Assembly: GCA_016195265.1 (NCBI GenBank)
Contig: JACPZW010000003.1
Location: forward strand, 67,279-131,278
Length of the DNA stretch: 64,000 nt
From: Acidobacteriota bacterium
GTDB taxonomy: Bacteria > Acidobacteriota > Vicinamibacteria > Vicinamibacterales > CAVVIG01
Reading direction: 5' to 3'
The notes under the pieces were generated by a model. The model searched no databases. It worked only from the letters and a program-made list of their open reading frames with translations, and was not told the origin of the DNA. Positions 52,028 through 60,200 of this stretch are shown piece after piece (position 1 is the stretch's first letter; each line of letters opens with the position of its first letter). The position numbers were made by a program, and so were the translations under genes.

Positions 52028-53496
52028 CGGGCTACGCGGACCTCAAGAAGATCGGAAAGGTTGGAGAACGTGCCGCCGATGATCCCCGCGCAGGCATCGT
52101 AGTAGACCGTGAACAGCCGCGTCTCGCTGATGCGGACGGTGCTCGGGTAGCTTTCGTCTCCCCACCGGCAGTGTCCATGGTAGATGACCTTCGGCCCCGC
52201 ATACTGAACGCTCCCGCCGGGCCCGTAAGGCCCGTAAGGATCGTAGAGCTGCATCACCGTGCGCCGGCCCTCGCCGAACTTCTGTGAGAGCTCGCCGTAC
52301 GCGAGCACCACGCGCGCGCGCGCATCGCCGGCGACGCGCACCGGCAGCAGGTCCGGCGCCTGCGCCGGAATGTCGAGACGTTCGGGCGCCAGCCACGAGT
52401 GTCCGCCATCGTCGGAGCGCGTCCAGAAGGCGGACAGCTCGCCGCGTTCCGCGCGGATGACGGCGACCAGCCGTCCGCCGCCGAGATCGGCGATCGCGGG
52501 TTCGCTGAAATCGATGCCGGGCTGCGACGCCACCACGACCGCGCCGCCGGCGGGCCACGTCACGCCACGATCGGTACTGCGGATCACGGCGGCCCGGGAG
52601 TCGTTCGTTCCGGTGATCTCGCGCGCGGATCCGTAGTACGGCAGCAGGAGATCGCCGTTCTCGAGCTCGACGATCGGCGCCGACGTCGCGGCGTGGCCTG
52701 GCGGCGTGTCCACGCGCGCGGGCGCGGACCACGTCGCGCCTTCGTCGCGCGAGCGGGCCACGAAGACGCCAAGCTGGGTCGCCGGCGCCTGCGCGCGATC
52801 GACCTCGAAAAAACTCAACAGCAGCGTGCCGTCGTGCAGCGCAACGACGCTCGGATCGCGATCGTCGTTGGGGGTGTCGATCGCCACCCGCGGCGTGGAC
52901 CAGTGCCGGCCGTCGTCCGTACTGCGCACCATCGCGATGCGGCCGAGCGGCGAGATGTGATCCGGGCTGTCGTAGTACACCGTGACCAGATGTCCGTTCT
53001 TCAGGCGCGCGACCGTTGGAAAGAACGTGCTCCGCTCCGCGGTGCGGGCTGCGACCACGACGTCGGGCGTGTGGTGCTCGCCCCACCGGGGAACCGCAAA
53101 CCGGACTTCGTTCGACGGTGTGCTCTTCCCGGCGGCGTTCACGGCGCGCACCTGGATTCGGTACGCGTCGCTCGGCAGGCCGTCGAGCGTGTACGTCGTG
53201 TCGGCGGTGCGCGTCGGCACCTGGACGAAGCCGTTCGAGACGCAGTCGCACCACGCTTCGACGATGTACGACTCGGGCGCGCAGCCCTGGGCGGGCGCGC
53301 GCCACGTCAGCGTCAGCCGCGCGACCTCGACCGACGAGGTGACCGCCTCGGGGGCGTGCGGCGCCTCGGCGCACGCCGCGGGCGGCGGCGTCACGCTCTG
53401 CGCGAGCGCCGGCGTCCCCGCGCGCGCGGCCGTCAGCGCGGCGATGCCGATAATGGGCAGGAACGCCGACCATTTCGTTCGGATAGTGCCTGTCAC
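52024..53496 (-). CDS. secreted FN3 + BNR/Asp-box beta-propeller protein (sialidase/glycosidase-like)
   Basis: 490-aa ORF with a GTG start and signal peptide. FN3 module (AYRIQVRAVNAAGKSTPSNE), then four Asp-boxes: STDDGRHWS, SRDEGATWS, STDRGVTWP, SDDGGHSWL. Confidence 0.75.
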   Translation of the reverse strand: MTGTIRTKWSAFLPIIGIAALTAARAGTPALAQSVTPPPAACAEAPHAPEAVTSSVEVARLTLTWRAPAQGCAPESYIVEAWCDCVSNGFVQVPTRTADTTYTLDGLPSDAYRIQVRAVNAAGKSTPSNEVRFAVPRWGEHHTPDVVVAARTAERSTFFPTVARLKNGHLVTVYYDSPDHISPLGRIAMVRSTDDGRHWSTPRVAIDTPNDDRDPSVVALHDGTLLLSFFEVDRAQAPATQLGVFVARSRDEGATWSAPARVDTPPGHAATSAPIVELENGDLLLPYYGSAREITGTNDSRAAVIRSTDRGVTWPAGGAVVVASQPGIDFSEPAIADLGGGRLVAVIRAERGELSAFWTRSDDGGHSWLAPERLDIPAQAPDLLPVRVAGDARARVVLAYGELSQKFGEGRRTVMQLYDPYGPYGPGGSVQYAGPKVIYHGHCRWGDESYPSTVRISETRLFTVYYDACAGIIGGTFSNLSDLLEVRVAR

Positions 53497-53521
53497 CTAC
53501 CTGTCACCTGCCTGTCACCTA
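53489..53521. repeat. (CCTGTCACCTR)x3 undecamer tandem repeat spanning a stop codon, the spacer and the next start codon
   Basis: On the coding (minus) strand it reads TAG GTGACAGG CAGGTGACAGG TAGGTGACAGG CAC.... Each unit carries AGGTGA (SD-like) and a GTG. Confidence 0.8.
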
Positions 53522-54691
53522 CGCGCACAGTGTCCGCAGCCCGCTGACCAGGCGTCCGATGCCCTCGGCGACGGTTTCTTTCTGGAGCGCGCCGTACGCG
53601 ACCCGGAAGTAGCAGCCGTCGGTCATGCCGAACGCCGGTCCGGGAACCACGGCGACCTTGTGATCGCAGATGAGCCGTTCGGCGAGTGCGAGCGGCGGCT
53701 GTCGCGTGTGGACCTTGAGGAGCACGTAGAACGCGCCGTCGGCGGCGGGCACCTCGGCGAGCGGCGCGAGCCGGGACAGCGCGCCCATGACGATCGTCCG
53801 GATCGCAGCGAGCTCGCGGACGTACGGCTCGCAATGCGCGCGTCCGACCTCGAGCGCGGCCAGCGCGGCGATCTGCGAAATCACCGGCGGGCAGACGAGG
53901 ATGGTGTCCTGGCTCTTGATCATCGCCGACGCCAGGTGCTCCGGGTACACCATGTAGCCGACCCGCCATCCCGCGAACCCGTACGCCTTCGAGAGCGAGT
54001 ACATCGAAATCGTGTGCGCTTCGGCGCCCGGAATCGATCCGGCTGAAAAATGCCTGGCCGATCCGTACGTGAAGTACTCGTACACCTCGTCGGCGATGTG
54101 ATAGATCCCGCGCTCGGCGCACAGCGCGTTCACCGCGCGCAGCGACGGTTCAGAAAAAACGGCGCCGCTCGGGTTGTTCGGGGTAATGGTCAGGATGGCG
54201 CGCGTCCGGGGCGTGATCGCGGCGCGCAGCGCGTCGATGCGGAGCTGATAGTGCTCGTCGGTCGGCACGCGCACGGTCTTGCACGCCGCCATTTCGATCG
54301 CCATCTCGTGATTGAAATAAAAGGGGACGGGGAGGATTATTTCGTCGCCCGGCTGCGTGACCGCGAACACCGCGTGCATGAACGCCATGTTCGCGCCGGC
54401 CGTGACCATGACACGGCTGCCGCGCGCGACATCGATGCCGTTTTCCTCCTGCAGCTTCGCGCCGAGCGCCGCGATCAGCGGCTCGATGCCGGCGCCGTTC
54501 TGGTACTCGTGCGTGCCGGGATCGCCGAGCGCGTCGCGCACCGCATCGAGCGCCGCCTGCGGCGGGCCGTAGTGGACGACGCCCTGCCCCAGCGAAATGG
54601 TGCCGGGTGCCTGGCGAATGATCTGGCTGATGACCTGGATGATGGGCGCCTGGATGGCGTCCATCCGCGATTGGGATCTCACGATCGGCAT
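53519..54691 (-). CDS. class I/II pyridoxal-phosphate aminotransferase
   Basis: 390-aa ORF: ITPNNPSG, YSLSKAYGFAGWRVGY (PLP Lys), RVAYG. Confidence 0.8.
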   Translation of the reverse strand: MPIVRSQSRMDAIQAPIIQVISQIIRQAPGTISLGQGVVHYGPPQAALDAVRDALGDPGTHEYQNGAGIEPLIAALGAKLQEENGIDVARGSRVMVTAGANMAFMHAVFAVTQPGDEIILPVPFYFNHEMAIEMAACKTVRVPTDEHYQLRIDALRAAITPRTRAILTITPNNPSGAVFSEPSLRAVNALCAERGIYHIADEVYEYFTYGSARHFSAGSIPGAEAHTISMYSLSKAYGFAGWRVGYMVYPEHLASAMIKSQDTILVCPPVISQIAALAALEVGRAHCEPYVRELAAIRTIVMGALSRLAPLAEVPAADGAFYVLLKVHTRQPPLALAERLICDHKVAVVPGPAFGMTDGCYFRVAYGALQKETVAEGIGRLVSGLRTLCA

Positions 54692-54723
54692 GATGAAGAG
54701 GCGCGGCGCGCGCCCCTCATCAT
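54690..54723. terminator. GC-rich imperfect hairpin between the FN3 lipoprotein gene and the aminotransferase start
   Basis: ATGATGAAGAGGCGCG GCG CGCGCCCCTCATCAT. On the minus strand the aminotransferase ATG lies in the 3' arm. There is no U-tract. Confidence 0.3.
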
Positions 54724-54755
54724 AGTGCGCGATCGGCCGGGACCGGAAGCTTCAG

Positions 54756-55955
54756 CTACTGCTTCGTCACAGTGAAGTCGTGCGTTTCCGTCAGGCAGTC
54801 GGGGTTGACGCCTGCGAACGAGCCGGTCATGGTGTTCGTCGTCGTATCGACAGTGATGCTGCCAGGCGCAAGCTGGCCCGCGCACTGGCCGGAGTTTCCC
54901 CACGTCCACGTGCCGGCGAACGTGAGCACAGTGCTGGACGCCTCCGTTTGCGTGACGCGAAATCTGAAACCGATGGCGGCGGCGGCGCCCACGAGCGTCT
55001 GGCCGCTATGTTGGACGACGAAGGTGAGGTCAAGCTTTGCCGATTGACCATTGCTCCTCGTCGCCCTATCCGTCCCGAGCCAGGTTCCGGCGAGAATCCC
55101 TTGGGCGCCCACGACGTTGACGACGACCTCGTTCGATGTGCCACTCGTCCCGCACGCGTTCTTCGCCCGGACGCGGATGACATACTTTCCGGCACCCACG
55201 TTGTTCGCCGTCATCGTGGTCGCGATGCCTTCGAGGTCACTGATACTCAGATCTGACAGGAACGGTGCGGATCCGATCTCGACGATGTAGGTGGACGGCG
55301 AGTTGGACGGCGGGCCCGACGGGCCAATCCACGTGAGCGTTACCGTTGTGCCGTTCACGGAACTCGCCAGCCCGCTCGGCGACAGCGGCGGGCCCTGACA
55401 AGTCACCGCGTTAACGATGACAGTGACCTCGTTCGACGGGGGGCTGGTACCGGCCGCGTTCTGAGCCTTGACACGCACGTAGTACGTCCCGTTCGCGACG
55501 TTGCTCGCCGTGAAGGATGTCCGGCCATCGCTTATCGACAGAACGGCGAGATTCGAGAGTCCGGACGCCGATCCCGCTTCGAGGACGTAACTGACCGGGG
55601 GACCGCCCGTCGTCGGGGGCTTCCATATCAGATTCACTGTCGCATGATCGATTGCGGCTCGGAGATCGCCCGGCGCGCCAGGCGCCGCCGCACCCGCCGT
55701 GATCACTCCTACGACTGGCCGCGCGCCGGCGAAGCACGCCGCGTCAGTCGCCCCGCTCAGGCATCGTGCGAAATCGGTGAGCGGCGCGCCGAAGATCGAA
55801 GGACCGCCAGTGGCGGAAGCCGCAATTCCCGTCACGCCCGGCGACGCGCTGGCCGCTGGCCGCGATACCGACGGCGCGCCTGGAGACGACGAGCTGCCGC
55901 CGCAACTCGTCACGGCGAAGAGCGAGAGCGCAACTGCAAGATGAACGCATCGCAT
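54756..55955 (-). CDS. lipoprotein with two FN3 modules and a C-terminal beta-rich domain (paralog A)
   Basis: MRCVHLAVALSLFAVTSCGG lipobox. FN3 modules end GTYYVRVKAQNAAGTSPPSNE and GKYVIRVRAKNACGTSGTSNE. Confidence 0.75.
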   Translation of the reverse strand: MRCVHLAVALSLFAVTSCGGSSSSPGAPSVSRPAASASPGVTGIAASATGGPSIFGAPLTDFARCLSGATDAACFAGARPVVGVITAGAAAPGAPGDLRAAIDHATVNLIWKPPTTGGPPVSYVLEAGSASGLSNLAVLSISDGRTSFTASNVANGTYYVRVKAQNAAGTSPPSNEVTVIVNAVTCQGPPLSPSGLASSVNGTTVTLTWIGPSGPPSNSPSTYIVEIGSAPFLSDLSISDLEGIATTMTANNVGAGKYVIRVRAKNACGTSGTSNEVVVNVVGAQGILAGTWLGTDRATRSNGQSAKLDLTFVVQHSGQTLVGAAAAIGFRFRVTQTEASSTVLTFAGTWTWGNSGQCAGQLAPGSITVDTTTNTMTGSFAGVNPDCLTETHDFTVTKQ

Positions 55956-55997
55956 GCCGGTCAGCTCCCTCTGCCTGGATTCATCAAAGCCAACCGC

Positions 55998-57182
55998 TCA
56001 CTGGCGGTTCAACGTCAACGTCCCGAGCCCGCCGAGCGTTGACAGAGTCATGCGCGTGCTTGTGAAAGTGCCCGAGAAGTCCAGAGTCTGTCCAAAGATC
56101 GTCGCGCTCACGGTGAGCGTACCGGCGCCAGCGGTGCCGGTCACGGTCCACGGGCCGGTGACGACGCCGACCTTGCTGCTGCAAGCGGACCTGGCGGCCT
56201 TCCTCACGCTGTCATAGAGCGAGCCGCTCAGCGTCGCGCCGGTCTGCGTCAGCGTCAGCTGCATATCGTGTTCGAGATCGCAGTTGCCGGTGCTCGCGTC
56301 CCAGACGAAACCGTCCGGCGACAGGCCGATCCACGTGCCAGTGAGGGAGCCGCCCGTCGTTGTCGAGCCGACTGTCACGATGACTTCGTTCGACGCCAGG
56401 CTGACATTGACGCCGTTCACCGCGCGCACGCGGACGTAGTACGTTCCGCTGGCGACATTGGCGGCGGAAAACGTCGTGGACGTGCTTCCCGTGTTCACTA
56501 CAGCGAGATTACTCGCGCCCGTCGAGGAGCCTGCGTCGAGCTCGTAGGACGTCGCCGCGCACGTGCCGGCCGGCGCGGTCCAGGAGAATGAAACAGACGA
56601 ACCCGTCACGGTCGAGGTCAAGCCGGTTGGCGCCGACGGTGTGCACACGCTGCTTCCAACCGTGAAGGCGACTTCGTTCGACGCGGCGCTCGTGCCCGCT
56701 CCGTTCTGCGCTCGAACGCGCACATAGTACGTCCCGCCCGGCACGTTGGTCGCCAGGTACGACGTCAAGGGCCCGCCGGTGGCGAAGTTCGCGAGGTTCG
56801 CGAGGCCAGGTGCCGAACCGGCCTCGATGACATAGCCGAACACCGCGTCGCCTGACGTCGGCGCGCTCCACGCGAGGGTGACCGAAGTGCCGACCGTGGT
56901 GACAGTCAGGCCGGTCGGCGCGCCGGGGGCGCTCGCGCCGGCCGTCGTCACCTGCATGAGCGGCCGCCCCCCGGCAAAGCACGACGTGTCACCCGCGGCG
57001 CCCAAACACCGCGCGAGATCCACCGATGACGATCCTGAGACCCGCACGCTCGCGCTGAACGGGTTCAGCGAAACCGTCGGCGTGACAATCGACGGCCGGG
57101 AAGGCGCGCTCGGCGACGGCGATCCGCCGCACGCGACCGCGACCACAGAGAACAGGGTAATGACGAGGGCAGACGCTCTCAT
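55998..57182 (-). CDS. lipoprotein with two FN3 modules and a C-terminal beta-rich domain (paralog B)
   Basis: Met 10 of ORF 55998..57209 is preceded by AGGAGGAG. MRASALVITLFSVVAVACGG lipobox. FN3 modules end GTYYVRVRAQNGAGTSAASNE and GTYYVRVRAVNGVNVSLASNE. Confidence 0.75.
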   Translation of the reverse strand: MRASALVITLFSVVAVACGGSPSPSAPSRPSIVTPTVSLNPFSASVRVSGSSSVDLARCLGAAGDTSCFAGGRPLMQVTTAGASAPGAPTGLTVTTVGTSVTLAWSAPTSGDAVFGYVIEAGSAPGLANLANFATGGPLTSYLATNVPGGTYYVRVRAQNGAGTSAASNEVAFTVGSSVCTPSAPTGLTSTVTGSSVSFSWTAPAGTCAATSYELDAGSSTGASNLAVVNTGSTSTTFSAANVASGTYYVRVRAVNGVNVSLASNEVIVTVGSTTTGGSLTGTWIGLSPDGFVWDASTGNCDLEHDMQLTLTQTGATLSGSLYDSVRKAARSACSSKVGVVTGPWTVTGTAGAGTLTVSATIFGQTLDFSGTFTSTRMTLSTLGGLGTLTLNRQ

Positions 57183-57221
57183 GACTCCTCCTAGGAACGG
57201 CTCGCGCACGTCAGGCTGACG
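57103..57221. repeat. 119-bp exact direct repeat, copy 1 (5' UTR plus first 27 codons of lipoprotein paralog B)
   Basis: Identical by eye to 63757-63875. The identity stops abruptly on both sides. Confidence 0.8.
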
Positions 57222-57244
57222 AAAGTACTAAGCCGCGCGCGGTG

Positions 57245-60200
57245 TTACTTCCCCCGATCGTGCGGTACCGTCACGAACGTGGTCTTCGTCGCGATATTGC
57301 CGGACTTGTCGGCGCACGCGACCGTGATGGTGTAGATGCGGCCTGACCCCTTGCCTCCGCGCTCGGCGCGGAGATTCACGAGCAGACTGTTTGGATTGAA
57401 CTGCCAATCCGGCGCCGTGTCGCCGTCGCCCAGTCCGTTGATCGCCTCGTTGCTCGTGATGCCCGTGATTGAGCAGGCCGGCGCCGGATCGACCGCGTCG
57501 GTGTCGGTCACCGCAATGGAGATCGGAACCATCTTGTGGTTCGGCGGCCAGAGCTGACCGGTGCTCGGTGTCGCGCTGCCAATCACCGGCGCCGTCGTGT
57601 CGACGATGTTGACCGTTCGTGTCTTCGTCGTTGTGTTCCCCGCGCGATCGCTGACTGTGTATGTCAGCACGTAGGTTCCCGGCACATTCGTATTGACGGT
57701 CCCCGTCACGTGAATCTGCGAGGTGAGATTTCCGTCCACTGCGTCCACGGCCGTGGCGCCAGGATCGGTGAAGGTCGAACCACCTTCGACGGTCATCGGG
57801 TTCGCTCCGTCCAGTGTCAGCATCGGCGGCGTCGTGTCGCGGACCGTCACCGTGAACGTCTCCGTGCTCGAGTTACCGGACGCATCGGTTGCAGTCACGG
57901 TGACCGTCGTCGATCCCAGCGGGAACAGGCTGCCCGATGGCGGATTCGCGCTCACGGCTGGCGCCGGGTCGAAATCATCAGTGGCAGTCGCCAGGCCGAA
58001 GTTCACGACCGCTCCGCCCGACGAGGTGGCCTCGGCGACGATGTCACTCACCGCACCGAGGACGGGCGGCGTCACATCGCGAACGGTCAGTGTCGCGCAA
58101 GTATTGGTCGTGAGGCATGAAACGCTGCCGAATTCTGCGACGACCATCGTCGTGCCTGGGCGCACAGCGGTGACGACAGCTCCCGTTTCGTCTGGATCGA
58201 TTGTGGCGATGGTTTCGTCGAGGACACGCCAGCTTGGTCCGTGATCGCCACCCGTGCCACCGCCGGAGCACGGCGACCCGCTGTCCGTCTGAATGAAGTT
58301 GAAAGTGACGAACGCCGGCGGCGCGCTGAATACTTCGAGCGTCGCAAGTGCGGTTTGTGCGGCGTTCTGCCCCCCAATCGCGTACAGATTGCTGCCATCG
58401 ACCGCAACACCGAGTTCGTTACGCGCCGTCAGCATCGACGGCATCAATGCCCAACCGTCGGAGTGGCCGTTCGGGCCGGAGACACTCGGCATATAGAGCA
58501 GTCCGGTGCCGCAGCTGTTGGCGCCGACAACGTAGAAGACGTTGTTGATCGTTCCGCCGCCTCCAAAGGCGCCAGGCGACGGCATTGGCGCGCCCGTCGT
58601 CCACGCGGGCGATCCGATGTTGTACAGCTCGGTCGGCGCCGCGTTGCCGTTGCTCGTCACGCCGCCGGCCACGACAATCGTGCCGCCGTTATTCAACACG
58701 CCCGCAGCGAAGGCCTTACGCGCCACGGCCATCGACGGCTCAGGCGACCATCCGCCCCCGGGGGTGTAGCTCTCGACAGAGGCAAGAAGCGTGCTGCCGT
58801 TGGATCCGTTTTCGCCGCCGATCGCGTACAGCCTGCCGGCGGCGGCGACCAGCGCGAACTGAGCGCGCCTGGTCGACATGGACGGGAGAAGCGTCCATGT
58901 GCTCCCGTCGAACACTTCAACGGTATCGGTGGCATCGCCCCCCGACGTGTGTCCACCGGCCGCGTAGATTAGTCCGCCCAGCGCCGCGACTCCGGCGCCT
59001 TCGCGCGCGACGCGCATCGACGCCTCGGTGCTCCATGTGTTGCTACTGAGGTTGTATGACTCTACCGTTTTCAACGGACCGAAATTGCACGGACCGGTGC
59101 CCGCGCAGACGCCATCGTCTCCGCCGACGGCGTAGGTCTTGCCGTTCGCAAACACGCCAGCGACGGAGAACCGCGCCGTCGGCATCGAAGCCTTCGACGA
59201 CCAGCCAGTGATCGTCACGTGACTGGTTGTGCCATTGAAAGTCACCGCGCCGTCGTAGAACGTCCCCTGCCAGTCCGCAAGAATGTGCGCGGGCGTGCCG
59301 AGGTTGTTGAGGCACGTCAGCGTCAGGTCCACGTGGGTCGCGCTCATGGTTCCGTCCACGGACACGACGAGCGTCGACGGCGACCATTGCGTATGAACCG
59401 CGCCTGTCGAATCGGCGGTGAACGTCTGGCTGCTGAACCCACCGGGGATCGGCGTGCTGGAGCACGGACTCACGTTCAGACCCGGCGAGAAGGAAGCAGA
59501 CCACCACGAGCCGCCGGATCCCCCTCCGCCATTGTCGTGGTGTTGATCGGCAGTGCTCGCCATCGAACCGTCAGTGAACGTGGCGGTGGCGATGAACTGC
59601 TGCGTCTGACCGGGATCGAGCGTTGCGTGGTGATCGCCGATATCCGTGGTCACGTCGATCGACGCGAGGCCAACAACGGTGACCGTGAAGCTGCCGGTCG
59701 CCGTATTGCCGTGTGCATCGGTTACTGAACAATTCGTCGTCGTCACGCCGACCGGGAAGAGCGAACCCGACGCCGGGTCGCACGTCGCGGCGCGGCGTCC
59801 GTCGACGATGTCGTTGGACGAGGCAGTGAAGCTGACGGGTACGCTGGTGGTCGCGTCCGGACTTTGCGACCTGATGTTCGATGGGAGGAACAACGTCGGC
59901 GCTGTCGTGTCCTGCACGGTTACCGTGAAGCCCGCGCTGCTCGAGTTGCCATGGTTGTCGCTCGCAGTACAAGTCACGGTCGTCGTGCCGATCGAGAAGA
60001 TCGATCCCGATGGCCGCGAGCAGCTGACAAAGCGCGATCCGTCAACGATGTCGGTTGCCGAGGTCGTGAACGTCACCAATGCTCCAGACGGTCCAGTGGC
60101 TTCTTTCGTGATATTCGCGGGCACCGACACACTGGGCGCCGTCGTGTCTCGCACCATGACGGTGAAGCTGCCAAACGATTGATTGCCACGCGAGTCGGAC

